In this document: piece after piece, positions 52,503-62,070 of the stretch
Position numbering within the stretch: position 1 is the stretch's first letter
Layout: every line of letters starts with the position of its first letter
From: Acidobacteria bacterium RIFCSPLOWO2_02_FULL_65_29
GTDB taxonomy: Bacteria; Acidobacteriota; Vicinamibacteria; Vicinamibacterales; CAVVIG01
Direction: 5' to 3'
Assembly: GCA_001767435.1 (NCBI GenBank)
Contig: MEKT01000037.1
Location: 25,840 to 89,839 of the forward strand
DNA: 64,000 nt
Position numbers and translations under genes: made by a program
The notes under the pieces: generated by a model
The model's input: only the letters and a program-made list of their open reading frames with translations
What the model was told of the DNA's origin: nothing
Database searches by the model: none

Positions 52503-53764
52503 ACATCACAAGACGACAATTCGTCAGGGGCGGCGTTGCGGCGTTCTCGGTGACGTTTGCCGCTCCGGAATTCCTCTCCGATCTTGCGCGGGCGCAAGGC
52601 GCGCGCGCCAGAAACCTCGTCGTGCTGTTCCTCGGGGGCGGCAACGACGCGCTGAGCACGCTCATTCCCTACAACGACGCGTTCTATTACAGCCGCCGGC
52701 CGACGCTCGCCGTGCCGGCCGCCAACGTGCTCCAGGTGGGCCGCGACAGGTCGAACGTGGCGCTCGGGCTTCATCCCAGGCTCACCGGGCTCAGGCAGAT
52801 CTTCGACGCCGGCCGACTCGCGCTCGTTCAGCGGACGGGCTACGCGAACCAGAGCCGCTCACATTTTCAGGGCACCGATATCTGGGCCACGGCGAATCCA
52901 GAGAGCTCGGCGGGCTACGGCTGGGTGGGCCGTTATCTCGATTCGCTGCCGTCGCCCCTCGACGCGCTCGTCGGTTGGAACACGACGCGCGAGCTGCCGC
53001 GCGTGCTGCAGGCCAGCCGGGTGTCTGTGCCGGCCATCCCGAACGCGGCGCAGTACGCCTTTGCGAGCCCGAACGGGGGCGTCGAGGCGGCGGCCGAGCG
53101 AAACGCCGCCGTTCGCATCAACTCGCACGTAGCGGTCGACCGCCCCGAGCTCGCGTTCGTGTACAGCAGTGCGCAGGCCGCGCTCGCGACGCTCGATCGG
53201 GTTGCCACGGTCGGCACCTATACCGGGACGACGGCGTATCCAAACTCCGGGCTGGGGCAGGCGCTTCGCGCGGTCGCGGGCGCCATGGTGCGTGGCATCG
53301 GCACGAGAGTCTTCTACGTGACCACCGGCGGGTTCGATACGCATTCGCAACAGAACACGAACGCCACCAACGGCGCGTATTACAACCTGATGGGCACGCT
53401 CAACGATGCGCTGCTCGCGTTCTACAACGATTTGAGGAACCAGGCGCTGCTGGAGGATACGCTCGTCCTCGGCTGGTCCGAATTCGGACGTCGAATCACC
53501 GAGAACGGAAGCACCGGGACCGACCATGGCGCCGGCGCGCTGATGATGGCAATGGGCGGCCGCGTGAACGGCGGCCTTTATGGATCGGCGGCCTCTCTCA
53601 ACCCGGATCCCGCGAATCCCACGCTCGAGAACAGCGGCGCCGACGTGCGCTACGAGACCGATTTCCGGTCGGTGTACGCACAGGTCATCGACAACTGGCT
53701 TGGCGCCGACTCCACCTCAATACTCGGCGGCAACTTCCGAGCTTCGGGGATCAGTTTCATCTGA
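52499..53764 (+). CDS. DUF1501 domain protein (sulfatase-like, Tat signal)
   Basis: ATGA overlap with the DUF1800 gene. Tat-like MNITRRQFVRGG; C-terminal motif TDHG. Confidence 0.8.
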   Translation: MNITRRQFVRGGVAAFSVTFAAPEFLSDLARAQGARARNLVVLFLGGGNDALSTLIPYNDAFYYSRRPTLAVPAANVLQVGRDRSNVALGLHPRLTGLRQIFDAGRLALVQRTGYANQSRSHFQGTDIWATANPESSAGYGWVGRYLDSLPSPLDALVGWNTTRELPRVLQASRVSVPAIPNAAQYAFASPNGGVEAAAERNAAVRINSHVAVDRPELAFVYSSAQAALATLDRVATVGTYTGTTAYPNSGLGQALRAVAGAMVRGIGTRVFYVTTGGFDTHSQQNTNATNGAYYNLMGTLNDALLAFYNDLRNQALLEDTLVLGWSEFGRRITENGSTGTDHGAGALMMAMGGRVNGGLYGSAASLNPDPANPTLENSGADVRYETDFRSVYAQVIDNWLGADSTSILGGNFRASGISFI

Positions 53765-53869
53765 AGCGTTCGGCGTTCTGCGTGTGACGTGCGATGGTGT
53801 GGCGTGCTGCGTGCGACGTCCGGCGAACGAGAGAACGTCGCACGTCGAACAAAGCACGCCGCACGGTAG

Positions 53870-54442
53870 TTATCTCTTCGGGATCGTCCAGTAGAACACT
53901 CGTCGCCCTTCGACTTCGAGCGTCTGCTCGGGCACCCAGTCGCCCATGTCGAACGCGTGCGACACGATGCGCGTGCCTGGCTTGAGCTCTTTCATCAGCT
54001 TCGGCATCAGCTTCAGGTTGAGGCTCGGCAGCAAGTACAGCGTGACGACCGTCGCTTCGCTGATGTTGGTCTCGAAGAGATCCTGGTTCAGGAACCGGAC
54101 GCGATCGCCGACGCCGGACTTCTGCAGGTTGGCATTGGCTTCCTTGATGCGCTGCGGGTCGATGTCGATGCCGGTGGCCCGCGCGGCGCCGAAATCCTTG
54201 ACCGCGGCGATCGGGATGCGGCCATCGCCCGAACCGAGATCGAACACGATGTCGCCCTTGCCGACCTTGGCGACCTTCAACATCGCGGCGACGACCTCCG
54301 GCGGCGTCGGGACGAAGATGACGTCGGGCGATCGGAGTGTGCCCTGAGCGGCCTGGCCAGCCAGGGCCGGCGCGGCTGGGACCGCCAGCGACAGGATGAG
54401 AGCGAGGTCACAGAGAGCGTTCGAGCGCAGCATCAGACTCAT
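53870..54442 (-). CDS. Secreted class I SAM-dependent methyltransferase
   Basis: Start trimmed to MSLMLRS (signal-like). Motif I VFDLGSGDGRI. Confidence 0.75.
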   Translation of the reverse strand: MSLMLRSNALCDLALILSLAVPAAPALAGQAAQGTLRSPDVIFVPTPPEVVAAMLKVAKVGKGDIVFDLGSGDGRIPIAAVKDFGAARATGIDIDPQRIKEANANLQKSGVGDRVRFLNQDLFETNISEATVVTLYLLPSLNLKLMPKLMKELKPGTRIVSHAFDMGDWVPEQTLEVEGRRVFYWTIPKR

Positions 54443-54546
54443 CGGACAGATCCTCCTCGGGTCCGGCGAACAACGAACGTCGAACCCAGCACGACAAACC
54501 CCGCACGAAGAACGACGCACGTCCAGTAGGCCGTCACTATAACGCG

Positions 54547-55452
54547 TCATTGGGCGAAGATGGAACGCAAAGCCGAGTCGACGTCTTTGAAGGCAAAGGT
54601 GAAGCCCAGCCGTTCCGCCCTCGCGGGAACCACCCGCTGACCCGAAAGCAGGAGCGCTCCGGCCATTTCGCCCAGCAATAGCTTCAACGCAAACGCGGGC
54701 GCCGGCATGAACGCCGGCCGGTGGAGTGCCCGGCCCAGGGCGCGCGCGAAGTCGCGATTGGTCACCGGGTTGGGCGCCGACGCGTTGAGCGGGCCGGACA
54801 AGGTGGGCGTTCGAATCGCAAAGCAGACCAGTCCGATCCAGTCGCGCAGGTGAATCCACGGCCAGTACTGGCGGCCCGATCCAACCGGCCCGCCGGCGCC
54901 GGCCCAGAACGGCGGCAGCATCTTTGGCAGCGCGCCGCCGCCGCGCTCGAGCACAAGTCCCGTGCGGACGCACACGACGCGCGTGCGGGACCCGGCGGCG
55001 CGCATGGCTTCGGCCTCCCATTGCACACAGACGTTCGCGAGAAAGTCCTGGCCCGGCACGTGGTCTTCCGTGACCGCCTCGTCGCCGAGCGGGCCGTAAT
55101 AGCCGACCGCCGAGCCGCTGATGAACACCGCCGGCGGCGAAGGGGCCAGACCGATCGCCGCGACGAGGCTGCGAGTCGCCTGCAGACGGCTATCGAGGAT
55201 GCGCTTTTTCTGCTCCATGGTCCAACGCCGTGCGGCAATCGACTCGCCGGCCAGATTGATGACCGCGTCGGCACCGCCGAGCGCCGACGCCCACGCGCCG
55301 GCCGTGCCGTCGGGCGTCCACTGCACGACACGCGCGCGGCCCGCCACGGCGGCTGACTGCCTGGACAGTACGACCACATCGGCGTCGAGCGCGTCGATGA
55401 GGGAGCGTCCGAGAAACCCCGACCCCCCGGCAATGACAACTCGTGACACCAA
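54547..55452 (-). CDS. TIGR01777/YfcH-type epimerase-family SDR (DUF1731 C-terminus)
   Basis: VVIAGGSGFLGRSL Rossmann motif and a typical YfcH-like tail. The start may be GTG 55449, preceded by GAGGA. Confidence 0.85.
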   Translation of the reverse strand: MVSRVVIAGGSGFLGRSLIDALDADVVVLSRQSAAVAGRARVVQWTPDGTAGAWASALGGADAVINLAGESIAARRWTMEQKKRILDSRLQATRSLVAAIGLAPSPPAVFISGSAVGYYGPLGDEAVTEDHVPGQDFLANVCVQWEAEAMRAAGSRTRVVCVRTGLVLERGGGALPKMLPPFWAGAGGPVGSGRQYWPWIHLRDWIGLVCFAIRTPTLSGPLNASAPNPVTNRDFARALGRALHRPAFMPAPAFALKLLLGEMAGALLLSGQRVVPARAERLGFTFAFKDVDSALRSIFAQ

Positions 55453-55508
55453 ATCCTCAGATTCTCAAATCCTCAAATCCTCAAATCCTCAAATCCTCAA
55501 ATCCTCAG
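55451..55508. repeat. Tandem octamer array (AAATCCTC, about 7 units)
   Basis: aaatcctcag attctc aaatcctc x5 ag. Same word and same strand as the array at 40257-40350. Confidence 0.9.
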
Positions 55509-56677
55509 TAGGTTCGCCTCGCCACCCACTCCCTCAGCAGCGAATCGACCACCAGGTAGCGATCGCCTTCCCGGCTGATGACGTCTTCTCGAGTCAGCGC
55601 GGCCAGCGCCGCCTGCACCGTCGAGGGCCCGCCGAGACGCTGGCGCGTGCGCGCGTCGGCCGACAGCAGCTCGCGGCCCTCCTCGAGCACGACGGCGCGC
55701 AGCGCCGCGCGCTGCGCCAGGGTGAGACGCTGCCAGAGCGCCTCGAACATCATGTGCTGTTCGGCGAGCAGTCGTCGCAACGCGAGGTGCAGATCGTCGA
55801 GCGTGGCGCGGCGGCGGCCGGCGGCGCGGACCTCGTCCCACGTTTCATGGGCGAGCCGCTGCACGTCGTACGGCAGGTTGCCGCCGAGGTCGACGATCGC
55901 CGCCGCCAATCCGGCTTCGGGACGGATGCCCGATCGCGTGAACCGCGCGTCGATGGCTTCGGCAAACTCCTCGGCGGGAATCTTGTCGAGCCGCATGACC
56001 GGGCCGGCCTTGTAGAACGGCCGCCTCGGGCCCAGCATGCGCTCCATCAGGCTCGGTTCCGACCCGGCAAAGACGTAGCCCACGTCGCGCTGGTGTTGAA
56101 CGGCCGCCCTCAGCGCGTGTTCGACCGAGCCGCCATCGAACCCGCCGATGGCCTGGAACTCGTCGAGGGCGACGACGACCTTCCGCCGCCGCGCCTCAGC
56201 CAGCCTGGCGGGCAGCTCGAACACTTCCTGCGCGAGCCGCGACACGTCGCGCTCGGCGCGGACGGTCGGGAAGGCCACGGTCAGGCCTGGCGCGGCAATG
56301 GGCCGGGAGGAGGGGGTGCTCCGAGGGAACGACGGCTCGTAGCGAATCTCCGGACGTACGGTTCGTATGGACTCGAGCAGCCAGTGGCGCGCGCGATCCC
56401 ACTTGGTTTCGGCCGCCAGCAGCGCCCGCGCGTAGCCTTCGAGGAAGGCCACGTAGGAACTGAAGCTGCTGACGGTGACATCGACCGTCAGTGCCCCCCT
56501 CCGGTTCATCGCCGCGAGGGCCTGCCGGATGAGCGACGACTTGCCGTACCGGCGGGGCGAGATGAGGAACACCTTCTGGCCCGCGGCCAGGTCGCCGACG
56601 AGGCGGTCGAGCTCGGTCACGCGGTTCACGAAGGCCGCCGCCGGCACGACCTCGCCGTACACGAAGGGGTTGTCCAT
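55505..56677 (-). CDS. AAA/Arch_ATPase-type ATP-binding protein
   Basis: FVNRVTELDRL...VFLISPRRYGKSSL Walker A, a Walker B-like VVVALDEFQ, and a C-terminal winged-helix-like tail. Confidence 0.7.
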   Translation of the reverse strand: MDNPFVYGEVVPAAAFVNRVTELDRLVGDLAAGQKVFLISPRRYGKSSLIRQALAAMNRRGALTVDVTVSSFSSYVAFLEGYARALLAAETKWDRARHWLLESIRTVRPEIRYEPSFPRSTPSSRPIAAPGLTVAFPTVRAERDVSRLAQEVFELPARLAEARRRKVVVALDEFQAIGGFDGGSVEHALRAAVQHQRDVGYVFAGSEPSLMERMLGPRRPFYKAGPVMRLDKIPAEEFAEAIDARFTRSGIRPEAGLAAAIVDLGGNLPYDVQRLAHETWDEVRAAGRRRATLDDLHLALRRLLAEQHMMFEALWQRLTLAQRAALRAVVLEEGRELLSADARTRQRLGGPSTVQAALAALTREDVISREGDRYLVVDSLLREWVARRTY

Positions 56678-56854
56678 TACGTCTCCATGCGTAACGGTTA
56701 CGTTATATCACGTAATTCCGGCTCTTGGCGGTCTTCGAACGCGCGGTCCCGATAGGGGCGGGCGCGGCGCCGCGACCCCCCGGAGCAACTGGGTTCCGGT
56801 GTATATTGCCTCATCGTCGCCGAGGGTCCCGTCGCCAGCTTCCGACTACCCGTT

Positions 56855-57982
56855 ATGCCAGGTCAGAAAGAACGCGTCGGCCATCGTCTGGTGCTCTCGC
56901 CGCAGGAGCCCATTGTGGGCGGCGGCGCGGCCGAGGCCTTCGAAAAGCACTTGCAGCAGCTGTTTCGCAGCGGCTATCGGGATCTGGTTGTCAACATGGG
57001 CGGCGTGCCGTCTATCGACAGCGCCGGGGTGCGCGCGCTGGTCCGCGGCCACACCCACGCCCAGCACGTGGCCGGCAGCCTGCGCATCGCGGGCATGAAG
57101 CCCGCCGTCAAGCAAGTCATCGAGTTGTCGCATCTCGGCCGGGTGCTCGAGTTGTACGACACGGTCGACGCCGCGCGGTTCGCGTCGCTGCCGTGGCGCA
57201 CGATCCGGGTCTGGCTGTCGGTGGCCGGCGTCTCGGGCGTCTTGGTGGCGGCCGGCCTACGATGGCCCGCCGAGCTGGGCGGCGCCGCGGTCACCGAGGG
57301 TGTGGGCGCAATCCTGCCGGGCGCCGCGGGCGCGGCCGAGGCCGCGCCGACCCACCCCTTGCAGCCCTTCGTGGAGCTCCTGAAGCTCGTCGCGGCTGCG
57401 GCCATCGGGCTGCTCGTCACCGCGATCCATCGTCCGTCGCCGCGTGAGCGGCCGCTCGCGCGGTCGATGGAACAGGCGCAGACGCTGCTCTGCGTGTCGG
57501 GCGCGATGATCATGATCATCATCGGCAACTCGGTCGCGCGCGCCTTCGGCATCGCCGGCGCCGCCAGCATCATCCGATTCCGCACGCCGGTCGACGACCC
57601 GAAGGACGTGACGATCCTTTTCTTGCTGATGGCACTCGGCATGTCCGCGGGCCTCGGCGCGTTCGCGGTGGCGGGGCTGGGCACCGCATTCCTGTGCGTC
57701 GCGCTGCTGACGCTCGAGCGGTTCTCGGGGGTGACCACGCGGATGATGTCGGTCGAGATCGTCTCCCGCGGCCGGCAGTTCCCGACGAGCCACGTCGAGG
57801 CCGTGTTCGTCCACAACGAAGTGCTGTTCGAGCCGCGTGAGATTTCGCAGGCCGACGACGTGACGGTGAAATACCTGACGTGGCTCGACGAACAGGCCTC
57901 CCTCGACGACCTCAGCAGCCAGTTGATGGCCGAGGGGGCGGGTGTCGATTCGGTGTCCTGGTCGCACGCCAAACGCGCATGA
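56855..57982 (+). CDS. STAS domain fused to a DUF4956-like membrane domain
   Basis: STAS-like N-terminus (VVNMGGVPSIDSAGVRALV...LRIAGMKPAVKQVIEL). Membrane half with ARAFGIAGAASIIRFRTPVDDPKDVTILFLLMALGMSAG, which is DUF4956-like from memory. Confidence 0.65.
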   Translation: MPGQKERVGHRLVLSPQEPIVGGGAAEAFEKHLQQLFRSGYRDLVVNMGGVPSIDSAGVRALVRGHTHAQHVAGSLRIAGMKPAVKQVIELSHLGRVLELYDTVDAARFASLPWRTIRVWLSVAGVSGVLVAAGLRWPAELGGAAVTEGVGAILPGAAGAAEAAPTHPLQPFVELLKLVAAAAIGLLVTAIHRPSPRERPLARSMEQAQTLLCVSGAMIMIIIGNSVARAFGIAGAASIIRFRTPVDDPKDVTILFLLMALGMSAGLGAFAVAGLGTAFLCVALLTLERFSGVTTRMMSVEIVSRGRQFPTSHVEAVFVHNEVLFEPREISQADDVTVKYLTWLDEQASLDDLSSQLMAEGAGVDSVSWSHAKRA

Positions 57983-58866
57983 CGGATTCCCCGCGTCATC
58001 GGCCTCCCGATCGCGTCATCACGTCTCCCGGCGACCGCCGGGAGGCCGTGCTCGACGTCATCCGACACGCGCGCACGCGCATCGGACTGTCGCTCTTCCG
58101 CTGCAACGACAAGGAGATCTTCGCCGAGCTCCGGCGCGCGGTCGCCCGCGGCGTCGCGGTCGAGGTGCTGGTGACGTCGCGTGCCAAGGGCGGCAAGAAG
58201 AAGCTGAGGAAACTGTGGAGCGCGCTCGAGGCCACCGGCGCCGCCATTCATCCCTACACCGACTCAGTGGTCAAGTATCACGCGAAGTACCTCGTGGCCG
58301 ATGAGGGCCCCGCGCTCGTCTCCTCGCTCAATTTCACGCGCAAGTGCTTCAACAAGACGTGCGATGCCATCCTCATCACTCACGACCCGGATGTCGTGGC
58401 GGGGCTTCGCGATGTGATGGCGGCCGATTGTGAAGGACGGCCGGTGCCGGAGACCGTGTCGCCGAGGCTCATCATCGGGCCCGAACGCGCTCGTCGGCAG
58501 ATGACGGCGCTCCTCGAACAGGCGCGCTCGAGCATTCGGTTGATTGATGCGAAGCTGACCGACCCGGCCATGGTGGCGCTCCTCAACGCGCGCCGCGCGG
58601 CCGGAGTCACTGTGGAGATCTTCGGCGCCAAGCGGTACGCGGGCCTCGCGTCTCACGGCAAGATCATGATTGTCGACGGCCGCACGGCGGTCGTCGGCGG
58701 TCTGGCGCTGGCGGCGCTCAGCCTGGACTTCCGTCGCGAAGTGGCGGTCATCGTCGAGGAGCCAGCCGCGGTGGCCGAGGTCGCGGAGCTCGTGCGCTTC
58801 GTCTCGGCGGCCGCGGCGAGGGAAGGGAGTGTCGCGGCGAGCGCCGCGGGAGGCACAGCGTGTTGA
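57979..58866 (+). CDS. Phospholipase D-family protein (two HKD motifs)
   Basis: YHAKYLVAD and SHGKIMIVDG. ATGA overlap with the upstream stop. Confidence 0.8.
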   Translation: MTDSPRHRPPDRVITSPGDRREAVLDVIRHARTRIGLSLFRCNDKEIFAELRRAVARGVAVEVLVTSRAKGGKKKLRKLWSALEATGAAIHPYTDSVVKYHAKYLVADEGPALVSSLNFTRKCFNKTCDAILITHDPDVVAGLRDVMAADCEGRPVPETVSPRLIIGPERARRQMTALLEQARSSIRLIDAKLTDPAMVALLNARRAAGVTVEIFGAKRYAGLASHGKIMIVDGRTAVVGGLALAALSLDFRREVAVIVEEPAAVAEVAELVRFVSAAAAREGSVAASAAGGTAC

Positions 58867-60212
58867 AGTGGACGCCGGTGGCGGTGGCCGCTCTGATTCT
58901 CGGCGTGCCCGTTACGGGCGCGGGACAGACGTCAAGGACCCTGACGACAATCCCCACGCCGGAGCTCGTCCCGTTGCTCAGCAACCAAGGCGGCGGCCAG
59001 CAAGGAGGGCAGCAGGGGGCTGAGGGCGTGCGCTTCGTGTGGGCAGACAGTCCGTCGCTAAGGTTTGGCCGCGCGCTTCGCCTCGATTTCAAGTTCAGGC
59101 TCCAGGAGGATGCGCGCAAGCCCGGCGACGTTCCGATCGATTTCGAAACCTGGGAACTCCATCGATTGCGCGTTGGCGTCGATGGCGAGATATTCAACCG
59201 CCTCCAGTTCAGCATCGAGCGCGAGTTGTACGAGCGCGAGGTCGAGGACGCGGAGGAGGAGCTGCAGACGAGACAGACGCTGTGGAAGGACGTCTACGCT
59301 GATGTGAACTTCGCGGATTCGCTCCAGCTGCGGGCCGGCCAGTTCAAGATTCCTTTCGGCGGCGAAACACTCACCGGCGTCTCGAACCTCGACTTTGTGT
59401 ATCGAACGCTGGGGTCGCGGTACCTGACGCCGTCCCGAGACATCGGCTTGGCCGTGCATGGGCAACTCTTCGACGAGGGCATCAACTACTGGGTGGGCGG
59501 CTTCAAGCACGATGGCGACAACTCGAGATCTCGCAAGATCCAGGGCGGCGACGAGACCGTGGCCGCGCGCGTGACCGCGCAGCCATGGAACCAATCCGGC
59601 GGTCCTGGCATCCTCGAGATCAGCACGGCGTTCATGCGAAGCGCCGTCTCGGACGCCTCGATCCTTCCGAACGGGCTGCGCGGCCGAACGGTGATGTCGC
59701 AGTTCACGTTCTACGAGCCTGTTTTCGCCAAAGGGCATCGGACGCGCTTCGAGGCCGATGTAGACTTGATCGCAGGACCGTTCTCGAGCCGTGCCGAGTA
59801 CATCTGGATGAGCGACGAGCGCCTCGAGCAGGGTTTCGGATCAGACGATCTGCCGCAGGCGCGGGCCCGCGCGTGGTACGTGTCCGGTGCGATGGTCGTC
59901 ACGGGGGAGAGAAAAAATCGGCCGGTCGAACCGCGCCATTGGCTCGGTGCCCTGGAAGTGGTGGGTCGTCTCGAGCGGATTCGCTTCGCGGGAGTTCCCG
60001 GCGAGGACACACCGTTCAGGAACCCGCGCGCCGTCACGATTTTTCCAGTGACCGACGAAATGGTCACGCTGGGTGTCAACTGGTATGTGAACCGCTGGGT
60101 CAAGATGCAGGCCAACGCGATCAGGGAACACATCGATGATCCGGAACGTAGTCCAGCGCCGAATGGCGTCGCGTTCTGGAGCCAGATTGTCCGTCTCCAG
60201 CTCGCCTTGTAG
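58860..60212 (+). CDS. Phosphate-selective porin O/P-like outer-membrane protein
   Basis: Signal peptide, motif LRAGQFKIPFGGETL...RDIGLAVHG, and a beta-barrel-like alternating pattern. Confidence 0.65.
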   Translation: MLKWTPVAVAALILGVPVTGAGQTSRTLTTIPTPELVPLLSNQGGGQQGGQQGAEGVRFVWADSPSLRFGRALRLDFKFRLQEDARKPGDVPIDFETWELHRLRVGVDGEIFNRLQFSIERELYEREVEDAEEELQTRQTLWKDVYADVNFADSLQLRAGQFKIPFGGETLTGVSNLDFVYRTLGSRYLTPSRDIGLAVHGQLFDEGINYWVGGFKHDGDNSRSRKIQGGDETVAARVTAQPWNQSGGPGILEISTAFMRSAVSDASILPNGLRGRTVMSQFTFYEPVFAKGHRTRFEADVDLIAGPFSSRAEYIWMSDERLEQGFGSDDLPQARARAWYVSGAMVVTGERKNRPVEPRHWLGALEVVGRLERIRFAGVPGEDTPFRNPRAVTIFPVTDEMVTLGVNWYVNRWVKMQANAIREHIDDPERSPAPNGVAFWSQIVRLQLAL

Positions 60213-60225
60213 GGAGGAGGTCGTC

Positions 60226-61521
60226 ATGTCGACGCATCGCTCCGGGCCTTTCGTCTTTTTCTGTGCGATCGCACTGGCCGCCCTGTTCGGCGCACGCCAG
60301 GCCGTCGCGCAGACAACGCCGCCGCCCGCGCCCGATCCGTCGGACGCCTTCTTCGACGATACCGTCGTCCACGAGATCCGGCTGGCCATCAACTCGAGAG
60401 ACTGGGTGACGCTCAAGTCCAACTACCTGGCCAACGACTACTACCCGTGCGACCTCAAGTGGGGCACGCAGACGGTCAGGAACGTCGGTATCCGCTCGCG
60501 CGGCAACGGGAGCCGGAGCGGCGTGAAGCCCGGCCTGCGCGTGGACTTCGATCGCTATACGAGCAGCCAGAAATTCCTCGGCCTGAAGTCGTTCGTGCTG
60601 CGCAACAACACGCAGGACCAGACGAACATGCACGAGCGCGTCGCCATGTTGTTCTTCAAGCGGCAGGGCATGCTGGCGTCGCGCGAAGCGCACGCGAGGC
60701 TCTACATCAACAACGCGTACTCGGGGCTGTACACGATCGTCGAGGCCGTGGACAAGTTGTTCCTCGAGAAGAACCTGGGCGAAGACAGCGGGACGCTCTA
60801 CAAGTACGATTACCCTCCCACCGACCAGCCCTACTACCTCGAATACAAGGGTCCGGATTCCGCGTTGTACGTGCCCTTGCCGTTCAAGCCGGAAACGAAC
60901 GAAACCGATCCGCAGCCGGCGCCCCTCGTGGACATGATTCGGACCATCGCGGAGACGTCGGGAGCGTTGTTCCGCCAGCAGATGGCGCAGTTCCTCGATC
61001 TCTCCAAGTTCGTCAAGCACGTGGCCGTCGAGGTGTTTCTGGCCGACAGCGACGGCTTCCTGGGCGACTGGGGGATGAACAACTTCTACCTCTATCGCCC
61101 AACCGACCGGAACCTCTTCACAATCCTTCCGTGGGACAAGAGCGAGGCGTTCAAGGACGGCCCGACCTACGAGATCTTCCGCAACATCGACGACGTGGCG
61201 GAGGCGAACCGCAATCGGCTGATGACGCGCGTGCTGGCCGATCCCGAATTGAAGAACCTGTTTCTCGACACGCTGCTCGAGCTGGCACGCTCGGCGTCGG
61301 AGCCGCTGGTCGTCGCACCGGAGATGACGCCCACCGACACGAGGGGATGGCTCGAGCGCGAGACCGAGCGCGAGTACTCGCAAGTCAGGGACGCCGTGCT
61401 GGCGGACCCCGAGAAGGCGTACACGAACGATGAGTTCGAGGCAGCGGTCGAGGCGATGCGGGTGTTTGCCCGCCAGCGCGGCGATTTCGTGAAGGCCGCG
61501 GTCGCCAGAGCACGGCCGTAG
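60226..61521 (+). CDS. CotH kinase-family protein (secreted)
   Basis: GGGAGGAGG RBS and a signal peptide. CotH-like VRNVGIRSRGNGS...LKSFVLRNN...NNFYLY. Confidence 0.8.
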   Translation: MSTHRSGPFVFFCAIALAALFGARQAVAQTTPPPAPDPSDAFFDDTVVHEIRLAINSRDWVTLKSNYLANDYYPCDLKWGTQTVRNVGIRSRGNGSRSGVKPGLRVDFDRYTSSQKFLGLKSFVLRNNTQDQTNMHERVAMLFFKRQGMLASREAHARLYINNAYSGLYTIVEAVDKLFLEKNLGEDSGTLYKYDYPPTDQPYYLEYKGPDSALYVPLPFKPETNETDPQPAPLVDMIRTIAETSGALFRQQMAQFLDLSKFVKHVAVEVFLADSDGFLGDWGMNNFYLYRPTDRNLFTILPWDKSEAFKDGPTYEIFRNIDDVAEANRNRLMTRVLADPELKNLFLDTLLELARSASEPLVVAPEMTPTDTRGWLERETEREYSQVRDAVLADPEKAYTNDEFEAAVEAMRVFARQRGDFVKAAVARARP

Positions 61522-61524
61522 CGC

Positions 61525-62070
61525 TCAGCGAGCTCGGCGGTGGGCGTCGTGACGCTTTTTCAGGAAGGCCGTCGCGCGTTCCAACAAGCGCTGCCGGTCG
61601 AGGCCCGCCCGGCCGTAGGCCACGCGATCGCATCCAAACTCGACGAATCCCACATGACCCGCCGCGTGCGCCGGCGGTTGAATCCGGCATGATTCCGCAG
61701 CCGCGGGCGCAAAGCCGAACAGGTGGGTCAGCCAGCTGGCGCGCAGACCCGCGGCGCGCCCGAATGCGATGGCCGTGTCGACGTATGGCGCCGCGATCAC
61801 CGCGCGGCCTTCAGCCAGCGCGGGCCGGATGTCCCACCGCAGGCGAAACGCGAGGTCCGTCGCATAGAGCAGCAGCAGCACGCGCGCCGACGGCGCGCCC
61901 TCCTCGTCGCGGTCGCCGAGATCACCGAAAATGCCCGACGCGTCCCATGTGCTGATGCTTGCGACTCGGTGGCCGCCCATCCGCCATTCACGCGCGGCAG
62001 CCTGCAGCGCCGGGCCGCTGACCCCGTCGATGGCGATCAGGCGGCCGGGGGACGTCGACGTCGACGTCAT
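61525..62070 (-). CDS. Thymidylate-kinase-like protein with degenerate P-loop
   Basis: Start MTSTSTSPGRLIAIDGVSGPALQAA. The P-loop GK(S/T) is replaced by GPA. ATGA overlap with the upstream Tmk-like gene. Confidence 0.5.
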   Translation of the reverse strand: MTSTSTSPGRLIAIDGVSGPALQAAAREWRMGGHRVASISTWDASGIFGDLGDRDEEGAPSARVLLLLYATDLAFRLRWDIRPALAEGRAVIAAPYVDTAIAFGRAAGLRASWLTHLFGFAPAAAESCRIQPPAHAAGHVGFVEFGCDRVAYGRAGLDRQRLLERATAFLKKRHDAHRRAR

